In this document: positions 26,978 to 35,373 of the stretch, in pieces
Layout: each line of letters starts with the position of its first letter
Numbering within the stretch: position 1 is the stretch's first letter
Assembly: GCA_017483945.1 (NCBI GenBank)
Contig: JAFUUE010000028.1
Location: forward strand, 8,365-72,364
From: Paludibacteraceae bacterium
GTDB taxonomy: Bacteria > Bacteroidota > Bacteroidia > Bacteroidales > Paludibacteraceae
Direction of reading: 5' to 3'
DNA length: 64,000 nucleotides
Made by a program: the position numbers and the translations under genes
The notes under the pieces: generated by a model
What the model saw: the letters and a program-made list of their open reading frames with translations, nothing else
Told to the model about the DNA's origin: nothing
Databases searched by the model: none

Positions 26978-27808
26978 ATGAAAAAACTTTTTGCTACCCT
27001 TACGGTTGTTGCTATGCTCGCATTTGGCAGCAATGCAATGGTAATGGCTCAAGACGCTGCCGCTCCTCAGGAAGAAGCAGCCGTAGAACAGGTTGACGAA
27101 CAGGCTCCCGCAGCCGAAGAAACTGTAGAGGCCGAGGCTGCCGTGGAGGAAGCCGGTGGAGTGAAAGCACTGCACCAGACGCTCAAAACGAAGTTCATCG
27201 AAGGTGGCGCAGGATTCATGGCGCTCACTCTCGTGACCCTTATCTTCGGTCTCGCTCTCTGCATCGAGCGTATCATCTATCTGAGCTTGAGCAAAACCAA
27301 TACCAAGGTGCTCCTCGAAAATATTGAGGCCGCGCTCGCAGAAGGAGGCATCGACGCCGCTCTTGACGTCTGCCGTAACACCCGCGGACCGGTCGCTTCT
27401 ATCTTCTACCAGGGACTCAGCCGCTATCATGAGGGCGTGGATGTCGTCGAGAAAACAGTAGCCTCCTACGGTGGCGTACAGCTCGGACTCCTCGAGAAAA
27501 ACCTCAGCTGGATCACTCTCTTCATCGCTATCGCACCGTCTCTCGGCTTCTTGGGTACCATCATCGGTATGATCGAGGCCTTCGACAAAATCCAACAGGT
27601 TGGTGATATCTCCGCTACCGTCGTTGCCGGTGGTATCAAGGTCGCCCTGTTGACCACTCTCCTCGGTCTGATTATCGCCGTTATCCTCCAGCTCTTCTAT
27701 AACTACATCCTCTCGCTCATCGAGGGACTCGTTAACGAAATGGAAGATAGCTCCATCAGCCTGCTTGACCTCGTTGTCGCTTACGACGAACAGCAAAAAA
27801 AGAAATAA
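26978..27808 (+). CDS. exbB: MotA/TolQ/ExbB proton-channel protein with signal peptide and acidic Ala/Glu-rich N-terminal extension
   Basis: ATG at 26978 (MKKLFATL...). C-terminal LGFLGTIIGMIEAF...GGIKVALLTTLLGLIIA motif. Confidence 0.85.
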   Translation: MKKLFATLTVVAMLAFGSNAMVMAQDAAAPQEEAAVEQVDEQAPAAEETVEAEAAVEEAGGVKALHQTLKTKFIEGGAGFMALTLVTLIFGLALCIERIIYLSLSKTNTKVLLENIEAALAEGGIDAALDVCRNTRGPVASIFYQGLSRYHEGVDVVEKTVASYGGVQLGLLEKNLSWITLFIAIAPSLGFLGTIIGMIEAFDKIQQVGDISATVVAGGIKVALLTTLLGLIIAVILQLFYNYILSLIEGLVNEMEDSSISLLDLVVAYDEQQKKK

Positions 27809-27898
27809 TCCCGCCCGGATTATAAGCCATCGGAATATCCATCCGACAAATGCACATAGCAACGTGCATAATATAGACAACGAAATCAGACTATTGTT

Positions 27899-28378
27899 AT
27901 GAAAAACTATAAACTAATCCCGCAAATAACCCTCTGGGTTCTCCTGCTCTTGGGCATTATCGTAACCGTAATGTTCTACGTAGGAGGTTCGGCAGGTGCA
28001 CTGGAAGTCGCAGGTGACTTCCTTGATATCCCGCGGTTCACGGATTTGTTCCTCACATGGAACTATATACTCGTGATCGGAGCAATACTCATCACACTTG
28101 TCTTCGTCTGCATCGGACTCGTCAAACTCTTTAAGGTTAACCCCAAACGTGCTATCGCTATCCTCTGTATCTTTGTCACCTTCATCTATATCATCCCGCA
28201 GATATGCTACCTCCTCGCTAGCCCGGAGAAAGTGGAGATCATAGGATACGAAGGAACCGACAACGTCGGATTCATGGCACGCATGAGCGAGGCCGTCATC
28301 TATTGGGTTTACTTCATGGTGACCGCTACCGTCGGTACACTCATCTGGGGTATCATCCATACCAAACGACTCAAATAA
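27899..28378 (+). CDS. 4-TM membrane protein of the exbB-exbD cluster (unknown function)
   Basis: 159 aa with four hydrophobic helices, placed between exbB and exbD. Confidence 0.6.
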   Translation: MKNYKLIPQITLWVLLLLGIIVTVMFYVGGSAGALEVAGDFLDIPRFTDLFLTWNYILVIGAILITLVFVCIGLVKLFKVNPKRAIAILCIFVTFIYIIPQICYLLASPEKVEIIGYEGTDNVGFMARMSEAVIYWVYFMVTATVGTLIWGIIHTKRLK

Positions 28379-28448
28379 AACTATCAATCGGTCGCGTGCT
28401 GCGCGTCCAACACGCGCAGCACACTACCTAAAATAGGAACTACTAATT

Positions 28449-29030
28449 ATGGCAAAGAAAGTCCCACAGATAAACGCCAGCTCCATGGCCGACATCTCGT
28501 TCTTGCTGCTGATTTTCTTCTTGGTCACAACCTCTATGGATGTCAACCAAGGCCTTGCCCGCCGTCTGCCGGCACCGGTTCCCCCCGACCAGAAAGTCGA
28601 GGCGTCCGATATCAACAAACGTAACCTGTTGGTCGTTAAAATCAACTCGGCTAACCAGTTGATGGTCCAAGGACAAGAGATGAGTATCAAGCAACTGCGC
28701 GAACGGGCTAAGGAGTTCATCAAGAACGAGAACGACGAGTCCTACTACCCCAAACTCGTAGAAGAGGACTTCGGAGCTCCCATCGGAGTGGTACGCTATA
28801 CCAAAGACCATGTCATCTCCGTACAGAACGACGTCGATACACAGTATCAGGCCTATCTCGATGTACAGAACGAACTGGTCGCTGCCTATAACGAACTCCG
28901 CGACGAGTGCGCTCGCAAGTATTTCCACATGCCTTATAACGAACTGGACGAAGACCAACAAAAGCAAGTGCAGAAAGTCTATCCCCAGAAAATCTCGGAG
29001 GCTGAACCTAAAAACTACGGAGGAAACTGA
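28449..29030 (+). CDS. exbD: ExbD/TolR biopolymer transport protein
   Basis: 193 aa. INASSMADISFLLLIFFLVTTSM N-terminal TM signature. Confidence 0.85.
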   Translation: MAKKVPQINASSMADISFLLLIFFLVTTSMDVNQGLARRLPAPVPPDQKVEASDINKRNLLVVKINSANQLMVQGQEMSIKQLRERAKEFIKNENDESYYPKLVEEDFGAPIGVVRYTKDHVISVQNDVDTQYQAYLDVQNELVAAYNELRDECARKYFHMPYNELDEDQQKQVQKVYPQKISEAEPKNYGGN

Positions 29031-29032
29031 TT

Positions 29033-29503
29033 ATGGCTAAAATACGTAGAAACGACAAGCGGGAAATGCCCGCACTCAATACTTCGTCGCTGCCCGACAT
29101 CATCTTCATGCTCCTCTTCTTCTTCATGTCCGTTACGTCCATGAAGGAGGTCACCTACAAGGTTCAAATCCAGAATCCCCAGGCTACGGAACTTACCAAA
29201 ATGGAGAAAAAGTCCCTCGTACGCTACATCTATGTGGGTACTCCGCGACCCGAGTTCCGCAAAGACTTCGGCTCTGAGACACGTATCCAACTCGATGACG
29301 CCTTCGCTGACACCAAGGAAATTGGCGAATATATCATCAACGAGCGCTCCGCAATGAAAGAGCAGGAACAAGGACTCATGACCGTCTCCATCAAGGCCGA
29401 CAAAGAGACCCGCATGGGTGTCATCGCCGACATCAAACAAGAGCTCCGCCGCGCGTACGCACTCAAAATCAACTACGCCGCCACACAACGCACCAACTAT
29501 TGA
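29033..29503 (+). CDS. exbD: ExbD/TolR biopolymer transport protein (second copy)
   Basis: 156 aa. LNTSSLPDIIFMLLFFFMSVTSM signature. Confidence 0.85.
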   Translation: MAKIRRNDKREMPALNTSSLPDIIFMLLFFFMSVTSMKEVTYKVQIQNPQATELTKMEKKSLVRYIYVGTPRPEFRKDFGSETRIQLDDAFADTKEIGEYIINERSAMKEQEQGLMTVSIKADKETRMGVIADIKQELRRAYALKINYAATQRTNY

Positions 29504-29523
29504 TGCCGCTGAAATATAACGAA

Positions 29524-29566
29524 CGTATCGCGTCCTAAGATTCTTACGGATGCGATACGCTTTTTA
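29524..29566 (+). terminator. terminator after exbD2
   Basis: CGTATCGC ... GCGATACG (29524-29531, 29552-29559) followed by CTTTTTAAT. Confidence 0.6.
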
Positions 29567-29591
29567 ATAACCTAAATAGATTCCTGATAAC

Positions 29592-29851
29592 ATGAAAAAA
29601 GTATCTTCGCTATTTCTTATTACTATTCTTTTATCCTTCTCGTCTGAGGCTGTAGCTCAATTAAAGGTCGCAGCATCAGGTAAAGTTGCTATTTATGCAG
29701 ATACCTCCGCTATTCCTTTGTCTCGTTTAGCCATCGGAGGTAGTGGTGATGTGCTTACGTCTTTGTATGTGGCTCCTCATAATCAGGGCTATGTTCATTG
29801 ATAGCAGATGGAAATGTGGTGGATACAAAACGAATGATATTAACTAAATGA
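29592..29851 (+). pseudogene. remnant of a secreted tail-fibre-like / T9SS-cargo gene (signal peptide + frameshifted last strand of a C-terminal domain)
   Basis: The 69-aa ORF has a signal peptide and a GKVAIYADTSAIPLSRLAIGGSG motif resembling the repeat of the 33723 gene. After its stop, another frame reads IADGNVVDTKRMILTK*, like the end of a T9SS sorting domain. Confidence 0.35.
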
Positions 29852-29862
29852 TAAAGTGACTT

Positions 29863-30342
29863 ATGTTGAAACATTTATTTGCCGCTTTGCTTTTATCCTT
29901 CTCTGTTGCGATGTGTGGGCAAGGTGTGTTGTATGCGCATATCGTCGATGAAGATTTTGTGCCGATAGTCTTAGGAGTAGAGTCGGGTTTCCTTACATTG
30001 TCCTGTGCAAATGAAGACTTCAATAATGTGTTGCAGCAATATCATTTTCATAAATTCTGGCAGGCATGGCCAGGCATTAAAAGCGAATACTTGCAGGCTG
30101 TTTACATTATTGAACTTAATTCCGAAGAGGAAGAGGCAAACTTTATGCAATGTGTCGTTGAAAACTATTCAGAGCAGATTCCAACTATTGAGAAGATAGG
30201 AGAGCCATACTTAGACGATTCTGTATCTCAACAAAGAGCGGAGAGTGGGAACGTGATGTTCAATCTACAGGGTTCGCCTGTAACGAATGAGTATCATGGA
30301 ATTATAGTGAAAAGAGGATGCAAGTATATTACTACAAAATAA
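29863..30342 (+). CDS. small secreted protein (propeptide-like domain + short C-terminal beta-hairpin tail)
   Basis: 159 aa with a signal peptide and low G+C. It is paralogous to 30357-30656 and ends FNLQGSPVTNEYHGIIVKRGCKYITTK. Confidence 0.6.
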   Translation: MLKHLFAALLLSFSVAMCGQGVLYAHIVDEDFVPIVLGVESGFLTLSCANEDFNNVLQQYHFHKFWQAWPGIKSEYLQAVYIIELNSEEEEANFMQCVVENYSEQIPTIEKIGEPYLDDSVSQQRAESGNVMFNLQGSPVTNEYHGIIVKRGCKYITTK

Positions 30343-30356
30343 GTTAGGAGTTCAAG

Positions 30357-30997
30357 ATGAGGCCTATTCTAAAAGCCATAGTTGTTATAGTATCCCTGTT
30401 ACCCATTCCTGTTTTTGCACTTGGAGAGTATGCATATGCACGTATTGTAGATAAAAACATCGTGCCTATTATTGTAGGAAATGAAGCGAACTTCCTCAAA
30501 TTGTCATGTGTAAACGAGGATTTTAACAGCGTGTTACAACAATATCATTTTCGTTGATTTGAGCAGGCATGGCCGAACATCGCAGATAAATGGTTACAAG
30601 ATGTTTACGTTATAGAACTGGATTCGGAAGAACAACTTGATAAGTTTACTCAATAGATGATACGTGCGGTAAATCCATCTCTATCAGTTGTTGAAGTGAT
30701 GAATATCCTGAAGTCGACAGCAGATGCAAGTATATATGACATTCCTGAAAATGGATATTTTATGGGGAAATTGGGTGCTGGTAGTGTCGATGCTTATAAG
30801 GCGTTAGGAAGGCATGTGCATTAGATGTTGAGAATCAGAATTACTTAATAGATGAAAATCTTGAAGGTTGTATAGTTACACTAAAGAATGTTGGTGTTGA
30901 AAATAGTGCGACACTCACGATATCTTCTGTTGTCGAGACCGAATTAATAAGCAATGTGAATATACCATTCGGTTGTACATTGGTAATCACAAATTAG
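30357..30997 (+). pseudogene. decayed subtilisin-like (S8) peptidase gene
   Basis: The N-terminal paralog of 29863 is interrupted by in-frame TGA (30555) and TAG (30654). The same frame continues AVNPSLSVVEVMNILKSTAD...GKLGAGSVDAYKAL (S8 C-terminal helix). The catalytic core is absent and the tail is frameshifted to 30997. Confidence 0.55.
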
Positions 30998-31020
30998 ACT
31001 AAGTTTATATCGGTTATCGG

Positions 31021-31040
31021 GCTATATAATGCTAACTCCA
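31021..31040 (+). repeat. 20-bp direct repeat, left copy (GCTATATAATGCTAACTCCA)
   Basis: 18/20 identical to 32281-32300, with the last 13 nt identical. Confidence 0.85.
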
Positions 31041-31793
31041 AAAGTCTTTATGGAAGGAAGTGCTAATACGCAAATTTGTGATTTTGGAAGTTGTAATGAT
31101 TTTAGTAGACAGCATTATGTTCAAGATTTAGAGGATGAGGAGTTTGAATTTATACAACTATCTGCTCATTCTTCTCCCATACGCCATCGGTTTGATTATA
31201 TAGATTCGGTAGAATATCTATATTTTAATACAATATATTCCATATGTAATAGGGCTATAGGTTATAATTTGTTTTGTTGTTCAGCATGTAATTGGGATTT
31301 ATCTGGCGCAGAGGGATTCTTGGGTGCCTCTTATCTTTTTAACAATAATAAGTGTATGTTCGTAGTTGGCTCAACTAAAACAGGTTCCATGCTTGGCTTT
31401 AGTGACTTTTATACACCATTAGGCAATGGTAGCTCTGTTGGTGCTGCAATGAAATTATGGTGGCTAAATTTCTGTGGGGCATCGCATTCGTTATCGGAAA
31501 TATGGTGGCATTACGGGATGTCCATTTTAGAAGATCCTATGGCGATGTTAAAATATCAAAATGATAATGATTGTCCGGATTCCATTATGCTTAATTGTTT
31601 TGATAATTTGAATCATTCTAACGTTCAATACTATAGAGCAAAAACGAATATAACGGTTGAGAATGCTTATATAGTTCCCTCTGGAATAAAAGTGATTCTT
31701 GATGCACCTCAAGTTTGTATTAATCCTTCCTTTGTATGCCCCATAGGAGCGAGTCTTGAAATTAGGAATAAAGGATGTGTAATAAATAACTAA
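31029..31793 (+). CDS. signal-less fragment of a secreted peptidase-like protein (possible clan CD/gingipain-like His-Cys fold)
   Basis: 254 aa with no signal peptide. LSAHSSP ... LFCCSACNW ... VVGSTKTG spacing resembles C25-type caspase-fold peptidases. The C-terminal ITVENAYIVPSGIKVILDAPQVCINPSF module is similar to the tail of the 30357 pseudogene. Confidence 0.3.
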   Translation: MLTPKVFMEGSANTQICDFGSCNDFSRQHYVQDLEDEEFEFIQLSAHSSPIRHRFDYIDSVEYLYFNTIYSICNRAIGYNLFCCSACNWDLSGAEGFLGASYLFNNNKCMFVVGSTKTGSMLGFSDFYTPLGNGSSVGAAMKLWWLNFCGASHSLSEIWWHYGMSILEDPMAMLKYQNDNDCPDSIMLNCFDNLNHSNVQYYRAKTNITVENAYIVPSGIKVILDAPQVCINPSFVCPIGASLEIRNKGCVINN

Positions 31794-31807
31794 TTTCACT
31801 TTTAATT

Positions 31808-32287
31808 ATGCGAAAGAAATATTGTTTGCTTATCATCCTATGTTCCTTTGTATGGCTGGATGAACTTAATGCGAATTGCTTTGCTTATTCTCTTGAAGAG
31901 GCAACTAAACAAGAGCAATTTTTAGGAACTATCGGATTTGAATCAGTACCATGTATGAGTAGTGATGAACCATGCCTCCCGTGCTTGTCTCCTGTGCTTT
32001 CGATCAAAGGTGAGGTCTATTTTATTAATGGGATGGAGGAATCGGAAATGGCTTGGCAACTGGGGCTGTCTATAGAAGAGTTGGAAGGTGCGTCGGTTTC
32101 TGCCATTGGTTTTGTCTTTGATAAAGATGGTGTGTCACTGGTAAATATAGAGCAATTGTCCTTACTCGTAGAGGATGTTCCCGTCATTGTTGTGCCCCCT
32201 GCCGCTCAAAAGCAACTTCGCGACGGGATATTATATCTCGTCACGAAGGATGGCGCACAATATACGGCGCAAGGTGTGAGGCTCTAA
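31808..32287 (+). CDS. secreted hypothetical protein with C-terminal RDG..Y....DG..Y.AQG tail
   Basis: 159 aa with a signal peptide. It ends AQKQLRDGILYLVTKDGAQYTAQGVRL. Confidence 0.55.
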   Translation: MRKKYCLLIILCSFVWLDELNANCFAYSLEEATKQEQFLGTIGFESVPCMSSDEPCLPCLSPVLSIKGEVYFINGMEESEMAWQLGLSIEELEGASVSAIGFVFDKDGVSLVNIEQLSLLVEDVPVIVVPPAAQKQLRDGILYLVTKDGAQYTAQGVRL

Positions 32288-32300
32288 AATGCTAACTCCA
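32281..32300 (+). repeat. 20-bp direct repeat, right copy (GCTCTAAAATGCTAACTCCA)
   Basis: It pairs with 31021-31040 and bounds a 1.26-kb two-gene module next to the mdh promoter. Confidence 0.85.
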
Positions 32301-32331
32301 CTTGACTTTCCGCATAAAAATGAAAGAAATA

Positions 32332-32363
32332 CTTGCATATCCGGGAAAAAAGCAGTAATTTTG
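32332..32363 (+). promoter_or_regulatory. promoter of mdh
   Basis: CTTG (32332-32335), N20, TAATTTTG (32356-32363). Confidence 0.55.
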
Positions 32364-32404
32364 TACCTGCAAAACGATTATACCAACTTAAAATCATACA
32401 AATC

Positions 32405-33346
32405 ATGTCTAAAGTAACCGTTGTAGGCGCAGGTAACGTGGGTGCTACGTGCGCAAATGTGTTGGCTGTTAACGAAGTGGCCAACCAAGTATGTCTTATC
32501 GATATCAAGGAAGGTCTCTCCGAAGGCAAGGCTATGGATATCATGCAAACAGCTCAGCTCATGGGCTTTGACACCGTCGTCGAAGGTGTGACCAACGACT
32601 ATAGCAAGACCGCCAACTCCGACGTAGTCATCATCACCAGCGGCCTGCCTCGTAAGCCCGGTATGACTCGCGAGGAACTCATCGGTGTGAATGCCGGTAT
32701 CGTCAAGAGCGTAGCCACTCAACTCCTTCAGTACTCTCCCAACGCTATCCTCGTCGTGGTCAGCAACCCGATGGACACCATGGCTTACCTCACACTCCAT
32801 GCCCTCGGACTGCCGCGCAACCGCGTCATCGGTATGGGTGGTGCTCTCGATAGCGCCCGCCTCAAATACTTCCTCAGCCAGGCCCTCAAGTGCAACGCCA
32901 ACGATGTGGACGGCTTCGTTATCGGCGGCCATGGTGATACCACCATGATTCCTCTGACCAGCTACACCACCTACAAGGGTATCCCCGTGACAGAGTTCCT
33001 GAGCGAGGACGAGATTGAACAGGTGGTTAAGAGCACCATGGTCGGTGGCGCCACACTCACCGGCTTGCTCGGCACCAGCGCATGGATGGCTCCGGGTGCT
33101 GCCGCTGCCAGCGTAGCCGAGGCTATCATCAAGGACCAGAAGAAGATGATTCCTTGCTCCGCAGCCCTCGAAGGCGAGTATGGCATGAAAGATATCACCA
33201 TCGGCGTGCCCTGTATCATCGGACGCAACGGTATCGAGAAAGTGCTTGAACTCAAGATCTCGCAGGCTGAGATGGAGAAACTCCGCGAGTCGGAGGTCGC
33301 TGTCCGCAAGACTACCGCTATCCTCAAAGACCTCAACGTCCTCTAA
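32405..33346 (+). CDS. mdh: malate dehydrogenase (LDH-like family)
   Basis: ATG at 32405 gives MSKVTVVGAGNVGATCANVLA...DVVIITSGLPRKPGMTREEL...GGHGDTM. Confidence 0.92.
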   Translation: MSKVTVVGAGNVGATCANVLAVNEVANQVCLIDIKEGLSEGKAMDIMQTAQLMGFDTVVEGVTNDYSKTANSDVVIITSGLPRKPGMTREELIGVNAGIVKSVATQLLQYSPNAILVVVSNPMDTMAYLTLHALGLPRNRVIGMGGALDSARLKYFLSQALKCNANDVDGFVIGGHGDTTMIPLTSYTTYKGIPVTEFLSEDEIEQVVKSTMVGGATLTGLLGTSAWMAPGAAAASVAEAIIKDQKKMIPCSAALEGEYGMKDITIGVPCIIGRNGIEKVLELKISQAEMEKLRESEVAVRKTTAILKDLNVL

Positions 33347-33416
33347 GCAAAACCGATAACCCCCAATCGGTAATCCCCAATCGAAACCGGCGAACAAGCC
33401 GGATGGGACTAAAAAC

Positions 33417-33457
33417 ACGCAGCGCCGCGACGACCCGTCGCGGCGCTGCTGCGTCTT
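33417..33457 (+). terminator. GC-rich hairpin after mdh
   Basis: GCAGCGCCGCGACG-acc-CGTCGCGGCGCTGC (about 14 bp stem) followed by CTTATAT. Confidence 0.55.
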
Positions 33458-33656
33458 ATATCCCCTGCGTACAACCCCAGTACACACCTACATCCCCCTG
33501 CGCACCCTTGCACACCCTTGCACACAGCCTCCCCGCCCCCGTCCTGCCCGCTTTCTGTCCCCTCCGTTCGTACCACTACCGCAAATTCCCAATATTGCAA
33601 AACTGCTTTGTGCTCATAATCAGCATCTTCTGCTACGCAAATTCCCAATGCCGAAA

Positions 33657-33688
33657 TTTGCACAATTGCATTATATGCACTACCTTTG
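33657..33688 (+). promoter_or_regulatory. promoter of the low-GC island 2 genes
   Basis: TTTG (33657-33660), N20, TACCTTTG (33681-33688). Confidence 0.6.
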
Positions 33689-33722
33689 CACTCGAAAATG
33701 TTTCACTAAAATTACTCTGTGT

Positions 33723-34673
33723 ATGAAAAAGTATTTTCTTATGATGCTTCTGTCGAGTTGTAGCATGGTGTTACTGGCTCAGTCATGGCAGACGGGTACA
33801 AATGTTATGTATGTTAATCCGACTTCCACCAAAGTCGGTATTGGTACGGCAACCCCGTTGGACTTATTGAATGTTGATGGGGGAACTTTGCGAATCGGTA
33901 AGACCTCTTCTGCCACCGATAGAGCGCTCAATCTCCTGAAGTTCGGTGATGGAAGCTATGTGCAAATAGGCGAATGGGAAGCAAATAATACATTGTCGTT
34001 TAAGGCAAGTAAGTATAGTTTTAATACCGGCTATTTGGGTGTAGGAGTCTCCAATCCGGAGTATAAGTTGGATGTGAATGGGAAGGTGAGACTTAAGACC
34101 GCTTATGCAGAAGATGGTTGGGGCTACAGTTATCTGTATTGGGATATCCATTCGCTTGTTATGGGTACTCCTCCCGGTCATCATGCCCATTGTGCAGTTG
34201 ATTTAATGCCGGGTGGTGAAGACCTTAATAATGATACCTTGCTATCCCAGTTCCGTATGTATAGTGCTCCGAGTTCTACAAGCAAGATTATGCGTATATA
34301 TCTTAACTCAGAGGGTGTTTGCTGGTTCAAGACACCGGGAAATTTTGGTATAGGGACCTCTAATCCTCAATACAAACTGGATGTGGTTGGTACGATACGT
34401 GCTCGCGAAATTATAGTAAATACCTCGGGAGCAGATTTCGTATTTGCAGACGGATATAAACTTCGTTCATTGAGAGAAGTGTCTTCCTATGTGAGTGAGA
34501 ATAAGCATTTGCCGGATATTCCCTCGGCAAGTGAGATGCAGCAGAAAGGGATGGCAGTAAGCGACCTGCAAACCAAACTCTTGCAGAAAGTGGAAGAACT
34601 GACTCTATATATCATAGAGCAAGATGCCAAAATAGAAGCTCTACAACAACAAGTTGATAACCTTTCAAAATAG
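33723..34673 (+). CDS. secreted tail-fibre-like protein with endosialidase-chaperone-like coiled-coil C-terminus
   Basis: ATG at 33723 (MKKYFLMMLL...AQ). Three [V/F]GIGT..P.YKLDV.G repeats. C-terminus YKLRSLREVSSYVSENKHLPDIPSASEM...LLQKVEELTLYIIEQDAKIEALQQQV. Confidence 0.65.
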   Translation: MKKYFLMMLLSSCSMVLLAQSWQTGTNVMYVNPTSTKVGIGTATPLDLLNVDGGTLRIGKTSSATDRALNLLKFGDGSYVQIGEWEANNTLSFKASKYSFNTGYLGVGVSNPEYKLDVNGKVRLKTAYAEDGWGYSYLYWDIHSLVMGTPPGHHAHCAVDLMPGGEDLNNDTLLSQFRMYSAPSSTSKIMRIYLNSEGVCWFKTPGNFGIGTSNPQYKLDVVGTIRAREIIVNTSGADFVFADGYKLRSLREVSSYVSENKHLPDIPSASEMQQKGMAVSDLQTKLLQKVEELTLYIIEQDAKIEALQQQVDNLSK

Positions 34674-34679
34674 TATGCC

Positions 34680-35357
34680 ATGAAAAACAGGATCTTTATC
34701 ATGCGATGCTTGGTCGCAATTGTTTTATTCGCAGTAACTGCATGCTCTAACCAAAACATCCCGACTCCTGAAGAACCTCTTGTTAAAATGGGTATACATG
34801 TTGTGAAATTCGAATCTCCCGAGTATTTGGACTATGTGATTGCAGGTCGTTGCGATTATAAAGATAGTCTCTTTTCCATTCTTGGGTGTGGATTTACAGC
34901 GCAGGATCTATATATAGGTTCCTCTCCTTATATAGCATTATCGGATGATTATTACGCGATAGATTGGAAATGGGGATCTTTTATCTATGGTGCTTATTAC
35001 CTGCTAAATATTAAATGGGAAGATGTTAAAGATAGACATCTGCAATGGACAGGGGATAAGGTAGTGTTGTCATCGGGGTTTATCAAAGAAATGCATGGAG
35101 GTACCTACGAAGAAATAGACCAATTCCTTAATATCGCTCCCCCTCCTGTAATGGATGAATCATCGTATTATCCACGCGAATACCTACGACCAGGATTGTC
35201 AAATCTGCCTCTTTCTTCATTTGCTGATTCCACACAGCAACGAATTATTGTTGAGACAAAGTACCAGGATAGCATACATGCTATATACGTGGAACGTATT
35301 TCTCGAATAATCGAAGAAGGACGAATGAAAGAACTAAAGAATTATACCGTCTTTTAA
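34680..35357 (+). CDS. lipoprotein of unknown function immediately upstream of the C10 peptidase
   Basis: 225 aa with lipobox FAVTACS and low G+C. Confidence 0.6.
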   Translation: MKNRIFIMRCLVAIVLFAVTACSNQNIPTPEEPLVKMGIHVVKFESPEYLDYVIAGRCDYKDSLFSILGCGFTAQDLYIGSSPYIALSDDYYAIDWKWGSFIYGAYYLLNIKWEDVKDRHLQWTGDKVVLSSGFIKEMHGGTYEEIDQFLNIAPPPVMDESSYYPREYLRPGLSNLPLSSFADSTQQRIIVETKYQDSIHAIYVERISRIIEEGRMKELKNYTVF

Positions 35358-35373
35358 TGAAAGGTGTGATAGT

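Noticed and set aside
26669-27880. 403-aa ORF on the - strand
   Set aside because: It runs antisense through tRNA-Ser and exbB and is implausible as a gene.
26717-29503. Genomic island integrated at tRNA-Ser
   Set aside because: The sequence directly 3' of the tRNA is host-like in G+C and encodes the conserved exbB-exbD cluster. There is no integrase and no direct repeat of the tRNA 3' end. The low-GC DNA starts 2.7 kb away.
32378-33487. 369-aa ORF on the - strand
   Set aside because: It is an antisense shadow of mdh.
33580-33649. 14-bp direct repeat CGCAAATTCCCAAT (33580-33593 and 33636-33649) as an island att site
   Set aside because: Both copies lie on the same side of island 2, 56 bp apart, and I found no partner at the other boundary. 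It looks like a local duplication of the promoter-upstream region.
33723-34673. Tail-fibre-like protein as evidence of a prophage
   Set aside because: No capsid, terminase, portal, integrase or lysis genes are nearby. The protein has a normal signal peptide and sits in an operon with a protease, so it is more likely a cell-surface protein.
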